Source of the DNA: an uncultured virus (IMG/VR IMGVR_UViG_3300030329_002891)
Lineage: Duplodnaviria > Heunggongvirae > Uroviricota > Caudoviricetes
Length of the DNA: 64,000 bases
Reading direction: 5' to 3' (one strand)
Virus record (IMG/VR): IMGVR_UViG_3300030329_002891
Both the position numbers and the translations under genes were made by a program. The notes beneath the pieces are model-generated. The model worked only from the letters and a program-made list of their open reading frames with translations. It was not told where the DNA came from and ran no database searches. Positions 1-9,498 of the stretch are shown piece after piece. Each line of letters begins with the position of its first letter. The first letter of the stretch is position 1.

Positions 1-792
1 AATGGAGATATAGGTATTAATGAAGATTTAGGAGGTGATATAAATGCTGTTCAAATCCAAACTGATAGTGGCGCGGGTAGTAAAGCTTCAGATCTTGATG
101 GTATAGCTGAGTTTAGTTTATTAGGAGGTGACGGTATAGATGTTACTAATAGTGGAACTACTATTACGGTTGCTGGAGAAACTGCTACTGATTCAAATCC
201 AGGTATAGTAGAATTAGCTACAAATGCTGAAGCTTTAGCTGGAACAAGTTTAACAAAAGCTATTACTCCTGCAGGATTAGCTCAAAAACATGCTTCTGTT
301 CAGAGTGGATTAAATTATAGAATTATTAATACTTCTTTTCGTCAAGATATTGGAACTACAAAATATTATTTACCTTTAAAATCACAAGACGAACAAACAG
401 CTTTAACTAGGGAAGAAGTTTCAGAACTTTCGGTATGTGATGGTAGAATTGTGTCTGTAACATTTAGAGCTGAAAATTTAAATACTCATACAGGTGATGC
501 AACAATAACATTTGGTGTAGAAGCTAATACTGTGGGTTCCGCTTATAATGCAGGATTTTCTGAGGTAGAAACAGAAAGCATTACTGTTAATTCTGGAGAT
601 GATCATCATTTATGGCATGCGGTATTTAGTGCAGATAAACATTGGGATTCTACAGATATGTGGGCTGTATCTATGGTTTCTAACACAGATATTTCAGGAA
701 GTAATGAAAGATTTTTTGTTACAATAGTGGTAGAAGATGATTGGAGCACTTATTTAGCTGGATCTACAAGAGAAATTGACACTACTCCATAA
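1..792 (+). CDS. Tail fibre-like protein, 5'-truncated (frame is open from base 1, longer than the ORF track shows)
   Basis: Frame 1 has no stop from 1 to 792. It contains the tail-fibre repeat-like segment TATDSNPGIVELATNAEALAGTSLTKAITPAGL. Confidence 0.6.
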   Translation, partial: NGDIGINEDLGGDINAVQIQTDSGAGSKASDLDGIAEFSLLGGDGIDVTNSGTTITVAGETATDSNPGIVELATNAEALAGTSLTKAITPAGLAQKHASVQSGLNYRIINTSFRQDIGTTKYYLPLKSQDEQTALTREEVSELSVCDGRIVSVTFRAENLNTHTGDATITFGVEANTVGSAYNAGFSEVETESITVNSGDDHHLWHAVFSADKHWDSTDMWAVSMVSNTDISGSNERFFVTIVVEDDWSTYLAGSTREIDTTP

Positions 793-810
793 TTTAAAAA
801 TTAATATTCT

Positions 811-818
811 TATATTTG
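811..818 (+). promoter_or_regulatory. Bacteroidota housekeeping-sigma -7 box (TAnnTTTG)
   Basis: TATATTTG, 4 nt before the ATG at 823. Confidence 0.6.
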
Positions 819-822
819 TACT

Positions 823-1413
823 ATGCCTATAATTAAAGATAAATACGGAGCTAAAGGAGAAAACACTAGATCTAAATATGTAACTCGTAAAAATAATACA
901 GTTATAGATTCTCCAAGTAGTGGTATGTCTACTTTTCAAAAAAAAGAATTAGAAGCTGATAATATAAGATCTGCAGGAGCACAACAATCTTTATATGGAA
1001 GTCAATCAAATATAATAACTTCTGAAAAAATAGGATTAATATCAGGATTTAGAATGGGTTCTGTTTCTGGATTAGTAAATACTTTAGAAAATGTTATAAC
1101 TTTAAATGTTGGAGAGTCTCTAAAAAGTATAAATATAAGTCATCATCATGGTAGTGGCACTTCTACTGTTTTTAGTTTATATTGGAGCGCCTTTCCTTTA
1201 CAAGAAATTGCTTATACTACAGGAACAGGATTTTTGTCTAGCATAACAAGAGGTACTTTGTATAGAATAATGTCAGACACTTTAGTAAGCTCAAGCACAT
1301 TAACGTTAAATGATAATAATGTGCTTAATGGTTTTAATAATATAAACAAAACTATTTATATTTATGCGATTTCAAGCGTTAGGGGAACAGAATTAACTAT
1401 ATTAAAATGTTAA
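823..1413 (+). CDS. Hypothetical protein
   Basis: 196-aa ORF directly after a promoter box and overlapping the next ORF. Confidence 0.6.
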   Translation: MPIIKDKYGAKGENTRSKYVTRKNNTVIDSPSSGMSTFQKKELEADNIRSAGAQQSLYGSQSNIITSEKIGLISGFRMGSVSGLVNTLENVITLNVGESLKSINISHHHGSGTSTVFSLYWSAFPLQEIAYTTGTGFLSSITRGTLYRIMSDTLVSSSTLTLNDNNVLNGFNNINKTIYIYAISSVRGTELTILKC

Positions 1414-1661
1414 ATGAACAACCAAATAATAAATACAAAGTTCCTATTTGGCTAAGTAATTGGGTTTTTAAAGATAAAAAAGGAAAAAAATATACAGTTA
1501 ATTTACAAGTAGTAAAAGGGTATAGTAAGGGTACTATATTTACTGATCAAAGTATTGTTAATAAAGTAGTTAAAAAAATTATTGGGAGTAGGAAAAAACA
1601 CACATTAGTTCCAGTAAATTTAACACTCGTAAGCCAACATGGTTACGGAATAGAAGAATAA
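1407..1661 (+). CDS. Hypothetical protein
   Basis: 84-aa ORF in operon context. Confidence 0.55.
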   Translation: MLNEQPNNKYKVPIWLSNWVFKDKKGKKYTVNLQVVKGYSKGTIFTDQSIVNKVVKKIIGSRKKHTLVPVNLTLVSQHGYGIEE

Positions 1662-1675
1662 TTAACAATAAATAA

Positions 1676-2977
1676 ATGTCACTTAATGATCAAATTAGAG
1701 AATATCTCTTAAAAAACCCACATCTAATGCGTAGTAAATACGCAGATACTGCCAAAAAATTTGGTACTAATTACGAACAAATTAGAACAGTAGCTCGTAG
1801 ACTACGAGAAAGAAATCCTGATGTAGAACCAAAGGAAAAAGAAGTTTTAAATTTTCAAGAAACTAAAAATACTGCAGTAGTAACAGCAGAAAATTGCACA
1901 AGAGTTAAATCTTTAGAAGACTTATTGGCAGCATGTGAGGTTGATCTTGACATGTGGGAAGTAGACAAATACGATATAGGTACATATGAGGTAACAGGTT
2001 TTGATAATGATAGAAAACCTATTACTATTACTATGTTTAGAACAAAAGCATTTTTAAAACGTATAAAGCCAGAGTTAAATTTAAATAAAATTAAACAAGA
2101 GCTAATAGAAGACTTAAGAAATCTTTCCCCTGTAGTATCTAAAATTGAAAGAAAAAGACCTGATGATAGAAAAGATTTGCATTTATTAGAAATATCAGCA
2201 TTTGACTTACATTTAGGTAAAATAGGTATAAAAAAAGATAAATATAGTTTAGATATAGCTCAAGAACGTCTTTTAAGCGCCATAGATCACTTATTATATA
2301 GAGCTCAAGGGTATTACATAGATAAGATACTTTTTATCGTAGGGCACGATTTATTAAACTCTGATAAAGATTGGCCAGTGCCTTCTACTACAAGAGGTAC
2401 ACCTCAATTTAATTCAGATTATCATATAGATATGTATAGAGCAGCAAGAAAGCTTATGATAAAAGCTATAGATATATTGTCTGAAGTTGCAGATGTGCAT
2501 GTTATGGTAATTCCAGGTAATCATGATAGAGAATCTGTTATGCATTTAGGGGACACATTAGAGCTTTATTACGGTAATAATGAAAATGTTAAAGTAGACA
2601 ATAATGATTGTTTAATGAAAGCTTTACCTTATGGTAACAATCTTATAATATCTGATCACGGTGATGGACCTAAAACAAATGATTTGCCAGGTATAATATC
2701 ACAAAGGTTTAAAAATTTATGGAGTGATGTAGATTATGTAGAGGTACATAGAGGTCATTACCATACTAATAAGGCTACTAAATTGCAAGCTATAGAAGAG
2801 CTTAATGGTATAACCGTTAGAAACTTATCTTCAATGTCAGCTACTGATTATTGGCATGACAGTAAAGGATTTATAGGTAACATAAAAAAAGCACAAGCTT
2901 TTATATATAGTAGGCAAAATGGTTTACAGGGTATTTTAAATTATAATGTATTTATAAATAAACGCTTAAAACAATGA
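1676..2977 (+). CDS. Calcineurin-like metallophosphoesterase with an N-terminal HTH-like segment
   Basis: Ordered motifs FDLHLG, GHDLLN, PGNHD, DHGD, GHYH. N-terminus ADTAKKFGTNYEQIRTVARRL looks HTH-like. Confidence 0.8.
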   Translation: MSLNDQIREYLLKNPHLMRSKYADTAKKFGTNYEQIRTVARRLRERNPDVEPKEKEVLNFQETKNTAVVTAENCTRVKSLEDLLAACEVDLDMWEVDKYDIGTYEVTGFDNDRKPITITMFRTKAFLKRIKPELNLNKIKQELIEDLRNLSPVVSKIERKRPDDRKDLHLLEISAFDLHLGKIGIKKDKYSLDIAQERLLSAIDHLLYRAQGYYIDKILFIVGHDLLNSDKDWPVPSTTRGTPQFNSDYHIDMYRAARKLMIKAIDILSEVADVHVMVIPGNHDRESVMHLGDTLELYYGNNENVKVDNNDCLMKALPYGNNLIISDHGDGPKTNDLPGIISQRFKNLWSDVDYVEVHRGHYHTNKATKLQAIEELNGITVRNLSSMSATDYWHDSKGFIGNIKKAQAFIYSRQNGLQGILNYNVFINKRLKQ

Positions 2978-3120
2978 CAACACAAGATAAAATAAGACAA
3001 TGGAAAAAATACAGAAGAAGATTGGAGAGATGGATTAAATATGTAGATAAATATATAATTAAACTAGAATCAAACTATGAAAGAAAGCCCAAAAAAACCT
3101 ATAGACAGGTCAGGAGTTAA
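2974..3120 (+). CDS. Small basic hypothetical protein (48 aa, not in ORF track)
   Basis: ATGA overlap with the upstream stop; translates MTTQDKIRQWKKYRRRLERWIKYVDKYIIKLESNYERKPKKTYRQVRS. Confidence 0.4.
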   Translation: MTTQDKIRQWKKYRRRLERWIKYVDKYIIKLESNYERKPKKTYRQVRS

Positions 3121-3379
3121 GCCTCCATCAATGTTTCAGATGTTAAAAAGTTTTAGCTCTGAATTGACTACTTATATAAAAAACGGATCTCCAAATGTTT
3201 CGGAAGAAAATTATACTAATAGATTAGCGGAATGTCATAGTTGTGAGCATTTAGATAAAAAACTAATGAGGTGCAAGTTATGTGGCTGCTTAATTCAGCA
3301 TAAGGCTAAATGGAAAACAACCACATGCCCTGACAATCCTCCTAGATGGGTTAAAGAAAATATAAATATTAAAAAATAA
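3077..3379 (+). CDS. Cys-rich DUF6171-like protein
   Basis: RLAECHSCEHL...CKLCGCLIQHKAKWKTTTCP pattern. Confidence 0.6.
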   Translation: MKESPKKPIDRSGVKPPSMFQMLKSFSSELTTYIKNGSPNVSEENYTNRLAECHSCEHLDKKLMRCKLCGCLIQHKAKWKTTTCPDNPPRWVKENINIKK

Positions 3380-3407
3380 ATTTTAATTAGGCCAAACGAC
3401 TATTAAT

Positions 3408-3641
3408 TTAGTATGCCTCATAGTCATTATTGTCATATTTATTTTTCCATTTATCCATTTCTTGAAAATAAAGGTCTCTAAATTTATCAACCTCATCTCT
3501 TAATGTTTTGTTTTCTCTTATTATAATAATTAAAGAAGTTAAAAATCCCAAAACAAACCCTATTATAAGTATAATTCCTATTATGCCTAAAGTAATAAAT
3601 TCTGTGCTATTCATACCAAACTTTATATACCTTAATACCAT
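3408..3641 (-). CDS. Small membrane protein
   Basis: One hydrophobic segment followed by a charged tail; coupled to the upstream gene. Confidence 0.55.
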   Translation of the reverse strand: MVLRYIKFGMNSTEFITLGIIGIILIIGFVLGFLTSLIIIIRENKTLRDEVDKFRDLYFQEMDKWKNKYDNNDYEAY

Positions 3642-3853
3642 CAGATGTGGTACATGCGAGTTCTTTTCTTTTTATTACTTTTTCCTGAGTCTTGCTTTTG
3701 TCCCAGTATTTTGGATTTTTGCTGTTCAGCTTTCTTTTTTTCATAATTTTCCAAATTAATCATTAACTTATCATTCTCATTTCTTACATGTGTTCTGTAA
3801 CTACATATAGTTAAGTACACTATAAGTATTGTTATTAAACTTGCTACTATCAT
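3641..3853 (-). CDS. Small membrane-anchored protein
   Basis: Hydrophobic N-terminus, basic tail, overlapping stop/start codons. Confidence 0.5.
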   Translation of the reverse strand: MIVASLITILIVYLTICSYRTHVRNENDKLMINLENYEKKKAEQQKSKILGQKQDSGKSNKKKRTRMYHI

Positions 3854-4125
3854 ATTTCTAGTTTTTCCAATTCAAACTGTAAATGTGCTATTGCTTTTTT
3901 AATACAATTAACTGGCGACTTGTGCTTACGATTTGCGCGCAATAAATACGTTACTGCTGTACCAATGTTATAGGTTAATTCAAAATCTTCTACTACTTTA
4001 CGAGCTTCATATTTATGATATTTTCCTATGTAATAAGTAGGTATTCTATTATCTATAGTTTTATCTGTTACATATAAATCCATGTTTCTGTCTTTTTCAT
4101 AATAATATTTACTGTGTTTATCCAT
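3850..4125 (-). CDS. DUF3310 (SaV-like / T7 gp1.7-like) protein
   Basis: PTYY...EARKVVEDFELTYNIGTAVTYLLRANRKH...IKKAIAHLQFELE. Confidence 0.7.
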   Translation of the reverse strand: MDKHSKYYYEKDRNMDLYVTDKTIDNRIPTYYIGKYHKYEARKVVEDFELTYNIGTAVTYLLRANRKHKSPVNCIKKAIAHLQFELEKLEI

Positions 4126-4517
4126 TAATCTAATTTACTTTTAAAATGATCAATAATTTTATTCATCTGTCTTTTGTAGAATAAATCAAAATCTACATAT
4201 TCCATTTCACCTGTATCACCATTCATGGTTTTAGGTTGTGTCTTTTCCCATAGTTTATACAACACTCCTCTCATTCTTTGACTAGGAGTTTTTTCACTAA
4301 ACTCTGAATTTGCTGTAGCTTTTTCTACAGCGTCTATCTGATCTTGATTAATATGATTAGCTGATATTAATACATAACCAGGTCTTTTAATTAATCCGAA
4401 TAGATTAACCATTGTTTCGTGCGCTAATTCAGGAGTACCTACGTAAATACGTAGACTCCCGTCTGCTAAGGTACTAACTTTATCAATACCTCCTTCAAAT
4501 ACAACTGAATTTTTCAT
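4125..4517 (-). CDS. Conserved phage hypothetical protein
   Basis: 130-aa ORF with KTPSQRMRGVLYKLWE motif; coupled on both sides. Confidence 0.6.
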   Translation of the reverse strand: MKNSVVFEGGIDKVSTLADGSLRIYVGTPELAHETMVNLFGLIKRPGYVLISANHINQDQIDAVEKATANSEFSEKTPSQRMRGVLYKLWEKTQPKTMNGDTGEMEYVDFDLFYKRQMNKIIDHFKSKLD

Positions 4518-5323
4518 AATATATCTTCATTCATTATATGTATAGTTCTTTCTGAATTTTTATCCAAATAATCAAAACCTTCACTTGGCCAATAATCATT
4601 ATCCATACAATATTTGTAAATTTCTAATTCTCTATTATACATTTCTCTACCCCTGTCTAATAGGTCTTCACCAAGCTCTATTATATTGATGCTAAATGGT
4701 GGATTTTTTTCTATTGCTACAATATAAAACTCTTGAGCCCTTACGGCGTCCATATAGAATGCAGCCTGTTTATAGTACTTAAACTTCCTTACAGAGCTTG
4801 CAAATGCGTTATATGAGCTATCTTGTGTAGTTTTAAGGTCTACTATTATATTTTGATCTGGTCTATATACATCAAGCATACCCCTGCATTTAATATCGTA
4901 TTCTTCGTTATACCATGCAATAATATGTTCTTTTAATCCATTAGTCAATAAAGTTTTTGCATCGCTATCTTTCATAAGTTTTAAAGTTAGCATTTCTATT
5001 AGATCATAGTCTTTTCCAGACAATACAGTTTTAAACATATTGTTGTTAGCAAATTCAGCAGCATCTTGCTTTCCTTGTTTAGTTCTTTTATCAAATTTAG
5101 GAGCAATAGCATAATGCTTGTTAAATTCTTCTGGCTGTAAAACATTCATGTGTAATGCTGATCCAAATTTCATAGCTGATGTAGCTGGCTGTGGGTTATC
5201 CATCATATATCTACAATACTCAGGAGAGTTGTTAGATAGATAATTTAGTATACTATTTGATACATAATCTTTATCATTATAGTAATTAGAGTGCGTTAAA
5301 TTGTGATTTTCTATTAATGTCAT
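4514..5323 (-). CDS. PD-(D/E)XK exonuclease, RecE/ExoVIII C-terminal-like (DUF3799)
   Basis: AMKFGSALHMNVLQP, KCRGMLD, IIVDLKTT, YYKQAAFYMD, FYIVAIEKNPPF. Confidence 0.85.
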   Translation of the reverse strand: MTLIENHNLTHSNYYNDKDYVSNSILNYLSNNSPEYCRYMMDNPQPATSAMKFGSALHMNVLQPEEFNKHYAIAPKFDKRTKQGKQDAAEFANNNMFKTVLSGKDYDLIEMLTLKLMKDSDAKTLLTNGLKEHIIAWYNEEYDIKCRGMLDVYRPDQNIIVDLKTTQDSSYNAFASSVRKFKYYKQAAFYMDAVRAQEFYIVAIEKNPPFSINIIELGEDLLDRGREMYNRELEIYKYCMDNDYWPSEGFDYLDKNSERTIHIMNEDIL

Positions 5324-5336
5324 ATTGTTTGTAAGA

Positions 5337-5368
5337 CATTAAGACCCTCCCGAAAGAGGGCCTCAATG
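5337..5368 (-). other. Stable UUCG-capped stem-loop in the 5' leader of the exonuclease gene
   Basis: Minus strand CATTGAGGCCCTCT-TTCG-GGAGGGTCTTAATG; no U-tract; TACTTTTG box upstream at 5413-5420. Confidence 0.55.
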
Positions 5369-5425
5369 CAATCAAAACAAAAACCATGAACAAACACGGT
5401 AAGAAAGTTATACAAAAGTAATAAA

Positions 5426-5785
5426 TTATTCTTTCGCTCCCTTAACTTTCTCTTTTTTGTTTTTTGATTTTGATTTTTTAATTTCTTTCTTTTCTTCTTC
5501 TTTTTGATTTTTTATATCTTCTTCATATTTTTTATCCATTTCCCTCATTCTTTCTAATACATCTTTAGAATTAGGTATTCTCATGCAATATTCATAAAAA
5601 CTTTTATTAAATATTTTTAAATCTGCTTTTTTTAAATTGCAATGATATGTTTTGTGAGCCCATGTTAATAATGCCACTTCATGTGCGTGTAAAGCGTCAG
5701 ATAATGCTTTCATTGTTTTTGCTACAGGTTCCTCAACTTTATATTTGGTACCCATAATGTTAATTTTTTCTTTTTTCTTGATCAT
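5426..5785 (-). CDS. Hypothetical protein with a Lys/Glu-rich tail
   Basis: 119-aa ORF in the minus-strand operon. Confidence 0.6.
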   Translation of the reverse strand: MIKKKEKINIMGTKYKVEEPVAKTMKALSDALHAHEVALLTWAHKTYHCNLKKADLKIFNKSFYEYCMRIPNSKDVLERMREMDKKYEEDIKNQKEEEKKEIKKSKSKNKKEKVKGAKE

Positions 5786-5790
5786 ATTTA

Positions 5791-6033
5791 TTAATTAAAT
5801 TTTCTTTTATTCCAATACTCTCTTAATTTTTCTTTTCTTTTTTCTTCTGAATAACCTGTTCTTTTACCATATTTTTGTGAAAATATTCGGTTAATAGTAT
5901 CCACAGTTACATCAAAAATAAAAGAAGCTTTTTTTATAGAGATTTCTTCATTTCTTATGTAAGACAGTATTTCTTTTTTTTGATTTTCATTTAGATCGCG
6001 AAATGGTATTACTTTTCTTTTTACTTTACTCAT
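5791..6033 (-). CDS. Putative helix-turn-helix DNA-binding protein
   Basis: EISIKKASFIFDVTVDTINRIF has HTH-like spacing. Confidence 0.45.
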   Translation of the reverse strand: MSKVKRKVIPFRDLNENQKKEILSYIRNEEISIKKASFIFDVTVDTINRIFSQKYGKRTGYSEEKRKEKLREYWNKRKFN

Positions 6034-6395
6034 AATATTTTTATTATTACACCTGCGTTTTCTTTGTCGTGTTTATACTTGCCAAAAGACGGTAACACAT
6101 AATCACAATTATCATCTTGTATGTAATCATATTGTACCATTAAATCTTGTACTGTTTGGCATGGGTTTATATAATCAAATTTTCTTCTACTGTTTCTTAT
6201 AAATGTAAACTCTATGTTGTATGGCGTTTCTTTATCTTTTATTAATTGTAAAAACTTTTCTTTATTTTCTAGCCAATCTTGTTTGGTTTTACTTATATAA
6301 TTTCTAACAGTTTTAGAATGTACTAAATATTTTCCTGTCCATACTTTACTGTTTTTTGAGGAAGGAACATTTCCTGCTATAAAAATTGTATCCAT
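6030..6395 (-). CDS. RusA-like Holliday junction resolvase (likely start 6395, not 6428)
   Basis: IAGNVPSSKN...RRKFDYIN...VQDLMV...IQDDNC. A TATCTTTG box at 6400-6407 lies inside the longer ORF, which favours Met at 6395. Confidence 0.65.
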   Translation of the reverse strand: MDTIFIAGNVPSSKNSKVWTGKYLVHSKTVRNYISKTKQDWLENKEKFLQLIKDKETPYNIEFTFIRNSRRKFDYINPCQTVQDLMVQYDYIQDDNCDYVLPSFGKYKHDKENAGVIIKIL

Positions 6396-6411
6396 TCCAC
6401 AAAGATAATAA

Positions 6412-6494
6412 AAATGTGAGAGTTGCACCCTTTGGTAATTACCACGACTTGTCGCACTTACATTTACTCTAGGGATTTGTTATCTCTCTCATTT
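6412..6494 (-). ncRNA. Intergenic multi-branched structured element
   Basis: Closing arms AAATGTGAGAG / CTCTCTCATTT; inner CCCT/AGGG helix encloses TGGTAATTACCA and CGACTTGTCG. Confidence 0.35.
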
Positions 6495-6502
6495 ATATAT
6501 CT

Positions 6503-7081
6503 TTAAAACGGCATGTCTTCATGGTCAGAAGTTGCACTCATAGAACTATTAGCTTTAGACCATTCTGAATGTTTCATACTAAATTCAGACATTTCTTCTT
6601 CATTTAATTCTTGATTCATATTAGCATTATATGTGCATTTTCCTCCAGATTTTGCAGACCATCTATATTTTACAGACGTTCTAATTACAGGCTCATCATT
6701 ATCTCTATTTTTACCTATATATTCTTCTGAAATAAATGTAACCATCAAAGAATTACCTATAGCATCATTCATAGCCTTACTGTCATCACTAAAATCTCTT
6801 ACGCCTGCATTAATTAAAAAGTCTTTTAGTTGTTTTGTTTTCCATTCTTTTGTTGATGGTTTATCTGTTTCTTTTACAGCCCAAAATCTACATCTTCCTA
6901 CTTTACCATTACTTGTAACAGCATAATCTATAAAAGGAGATCCCTTGTAGTCTTCTAATTGCTCTGATGTAGTTATTCCTGTAATTTTGCATTCATAAGC
7001 CCCAGGTGTAATGTATTCTACTTTTTCACCCTTAGCCTTACCTGTTGTTGTTGTGTTTAAATTAAATGGTAGTGTGCTCAT
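6503..7081 (-). CDS. Putative single-stranded DNA-binding protein (DUF669-like)
   Basis: ITPGAYECKI beta-rich N-terminus, acidic C-terminal tip DHEDMPF, located near the annealase. Confidence 0.6.
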   Translation of the reverse strand: MSTLPFNLNTTTTGKAKGEKVEYITPGAYECKITGITTSEQLEDYKGSPFIDYAVTSNGKVGRCRFWAVKETDKPSTKEWKTKQLKDFLINAGVRDFSDDSKAMNDAIGNSLMVTFISEEYIGKNRDNDEPVIRTSVKYRWSAKSGGKCTYNANMNQELNEEEMSEFSMKHSEWSKANSSMSATSDHEDMPF

Positions 7082-7298
7082 TATTTAATATTTTTAATAT
7101 TTTTTGTAATTTTTCTCTAGCCTCTATTAATTGTAGTTTAATATCTTTGCTATTATTTCTTAATCTTTCATTATCTTGTTTTAAAATATACATTTCGTCA
7201 AAATAATGCTTATCTTTAACTCGCGTTTCTTCAAACGTCTCGCTTTCTTTTTCTTGAGTTTCGTCAGTCCAAGTACTTATAGAATCATTTGTCATCAT
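7062..7298 (-). CDS. Coiled-coil hypothetical protein
   Basis: Heptad-like pattern LKQDNERLRNNSKDIKLQL. Confidence 0.55.
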   Translation of the reverse strand: MMTNDSISTWTDETQEKESETFEETRVKDKHYFDEMYILKQDNERLRNNSKDIKLQLIEAREKLQKILKILNNEHTTI

Positions 7299-7774
7299 TT
7301 ATTGTTTTTGATTTTCCAATTAATATATTTAGTTAATGTATCACCATCAAATATAATTTTATCTTTTTCTGGTGCGTAAGGATAGTCTTTACCTTTATAT
7401 TGCTTTGTAGTTAAAGTTTGTATTGATAGTCTATATAAGAATCTGCCTATACCCCATTTTACACATGCACGTTTAAATGCATCTGACACATGGCCTTTAT
7501 CTTTTTCTACATTAGATTCTGATCCTGTGTCTGACTTCCATACCCAATTATATTCTTGTGTGCTAATATCATTACAAAGAATACCTACTTTACAGAATAA
7601 TAATCCATTCTCTTCATAGAAAATACTTTGCCAGTTTTCTGGACCACAAACTTCATCTAATATATCCATGCAGTCTCTAGCGTCTATATACGCTACACAG
7701 GTTGTTTTACCATACTTAGTAGACTGTACACGCCACTTATATGGTATTTCTTTCTTTAAATCGTTTAAATTCAT
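7295..7774 (-). CDS. Rad52/Sak-family ssDNA annealing protein
   Basis: KWRVQS...AYIDARDCMDILDEVCGPENWQ...WKSDTG...KGHVSDAFKRACVKWGIGRFLY. Confidence 0.85.
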   Translation of the reverse strand: MNLNDLKKEIPYKWRVQSTKYGKTTCVAYIDARDCMDILDEVCGPENWQSIFYEENGLLFCKVGILCNDISTQEYNWVWKSDTGSESNVEKDKGHVSDAFKRACVKWGIGRFLYRLSIQTLTTKQYKGKDYPYAPEKDKIIFDGDTLTKYINWKIKNNK

Positions 7775-8010
7775 TTTACTTTCTCTTTTGTTTTGTCTTT
7801 CTTAATTTTTCGTACAGCTGCAGCAGCTACTACAAATTTTACAAATCTCCTTATCATTACAGGTTTACCTTTTAGCAATAAAGTTACTGCAAGCTCTTTA
7901 AATGTTAAAAGCAATACTTGTCTGACAAGTTTTTTGTCTATTCCTAGATCATATGCAATCTCACTAACAATAGATTTTATCTTTGATATACCTTTATCTT
8001 TCTTACCCAT
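7771..8010 (-). CDS. HU/IHF-like DNA-binding protein (likely start 8010)
   Basis: IVSEIAYDLGIDKKLVRQVL...LLLKGKPVMIRRFVKF; TATATTTG box at 8018-8025. Confidence 0.65.
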   Translation of the reverse strand: MGKKDKGISKIKSIVSEIAYDLGIDKKLVRQVLLLTFKELAVTLLLKGKPVMIRRFVKFVVAAAAVRKIKKDKTKEKVK

Positions 8011-8030
8011 ATAAAGGCAAATATACAATT

Positions 8031-8192
8031 TTAATCAACATCACCAAGTATTTGAACAGCTAAATACATTGGCAATACTATTATACCTGCAACAATTAAA
8101 GCAAATAGAATTGGTCCTACAAGAAAAATTATATAACCAATTGCGATTGTTGATAAAATAGGATATTTACCTATTATTTTAAACTTTTTCAT
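8031..8192 (-). CDS. Small membrane protein (53 aa, not in ORF track)
   Basis: MKKFKIIGKYPILSTIAIGYIIFLVGPILFALIVAGIIVLPMYLAVQILGDVD; overlaps the end of dnaB. Confidence 0.55.
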   Translation of the reverse strand: MKKFKIIGKYPILSTIAIGYIIFLVGPILFALIVAGIIVLPMYLAVQILGDVD

Positions 8193-9468
8193 AATCTATA
8201 AATTTTGTTATTTCACTTTTAAAGCTAAGTGTTATTTCTCCCACTCCTATATTTCTGCCTTTTGCAAAAATAATGTTAGCAGTACCTTTAGCCTCTTCTC
8301 CGTTATCATTATATTCTATTCCGTAATATTCAGGGCGATATATAAGCATAACTACATCTGCCGCTTGCTCTATTTCGCCTGACTCTCTAAGATCAGATAA
8401 TGTTGGTTTACTGTTATTGCGCATACCTACGCCTCTATTAAGCTGACTTAATGCTATAACAGTAATATTTAGCTCTTTAGCTAGATTTTTTAATGTTCTA
8501 GCTACTTTACTTACTTCTTGCTCTCTATTACCAGATTTATTTTTAGAACTAACTAATTGAAGGTAATCAATCATTACAAGCTTTACTTTTTTATTTTTTA
8601 CATATTCTTTAATTCTATGCACTAAATAACCTAAAGATGTTATATTGCCTTCATCTATATGCAAAGGTGTATTTTCTATAAATCCTATAGCTTCATGTAT
8701 TTTAACTAATTCATCATTATTTAATGTGCCATTAGAAATATACCTATTACTTATTTCTGATTCCATAGAAGCTAGTCTTCTTATTAATTGTAAAGCGCTC
8801 ATTTCATAAGAAAATATTACAGTTGGTGTTTTTGTATGTTTTGCAGCATTATAGGCAAGAGCAAGCGCAAAGCTTGTCTTACCCATAGATGATGCACCTC
8901 CTACTATTATTAAATCTGTTTCTTGCCAGCCACCTGTAAATTTATCTATGTCTTTAAAGCCTGAAGCAATTCCTAGTAAGCCATCTGTATTCATTCTTAA
9001 TTCAACATCATCAAGAAAATATTTAATTTGAGATTTTATATCTCCTAATACTTCTGGCCTTCCTATATGTAATTTAGACATTTCTGTAGTTAGCTTACCT
9101 ACAATTAATTCTAGTTCATCTCTATTACTTAATTGATTATGAACATCTTGAACTATACCTGTTAATGTTCGTTTTTGAAATTCTTCAGTCAAAACACCTA
9201 TACATGTTTTAACCTCCATGAAGTCAAAAGCTTTTTCAGTCATGTATGATAAATTTAAAACTACATCGTCACCCTTAATAAGCTTACTAACACTAAGTAT
9301 ATCTATAGTTCTATTTTTATTTCTTAAATCTCTTATAGCATGATATGTAGATTTATTAAACTCATATTCAAATAAATTTTCATGAATCAATTGTGAATAT
9401 TTGTCTATTAATTCTGGCTTAACTATAAGTTTTCCAAGTAGTGTTTGTTCTATTTCGTAATTGTCCAT
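8179..9468 (-). CDS. dnaB: Replicative DNA helicase
   Basis: Walker A GGASSMGKT, FSYEMS, MIDYLQL, LSQLNR, SDLRESGEIEQAAD, AKGRN; full N-terminal domain present. Confidence 0.95.
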   Translation of the reverse strand: MDNYEIEQTLLGKLIVKPELIDKYSQLIHENLFEYEFNKSTYHAIRDLRNKNRTIDILSVSKLIKGDDVVLNLSYMTEKAFDFMEVKTCIGVLTEEFQKRTLTGIVQDVHNQLSNRDELELIVGKLTTEMSKLHIGRPEVLGDIKSQIKYFLDDVELRMNTDGLLGIASGFKDIDKFTGGWQETDLIIVGGASSMGKTSFALALAYNAAKHTKTPTVIFSYEMSALQLIRRLASMESEISNRYISNGTLNNDELVKIHEAIGFIENTPLHIDEGNITSLGYLVHRIKEYVKNKKVKLVMIDYLQLVSSKNKSGNREQEVSKVARTLKNLAKELNITVIALSQLNRGVGMRNNSKPTLSDLRESGEIEQAADVVMLIYRPEYYGIEYNDNGEEAKGTANIIFAKGRNIGVGEITLSFKSEITKFIDYEKV

Positions 9469-9487
9469 AATTTTTTATTTAAGCTAA

Positions 9488-9495
9488 CAAATATA
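9488..9495 (-). promoter_or_regulatory. TAnnTTTG host-type promoter box upstream of dnaB
   Basis: Reverse complement reads TATATTTG, about 20 nt before the ATG. Confidence 0.6.
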
Positions 9496-9498
9496 TAA

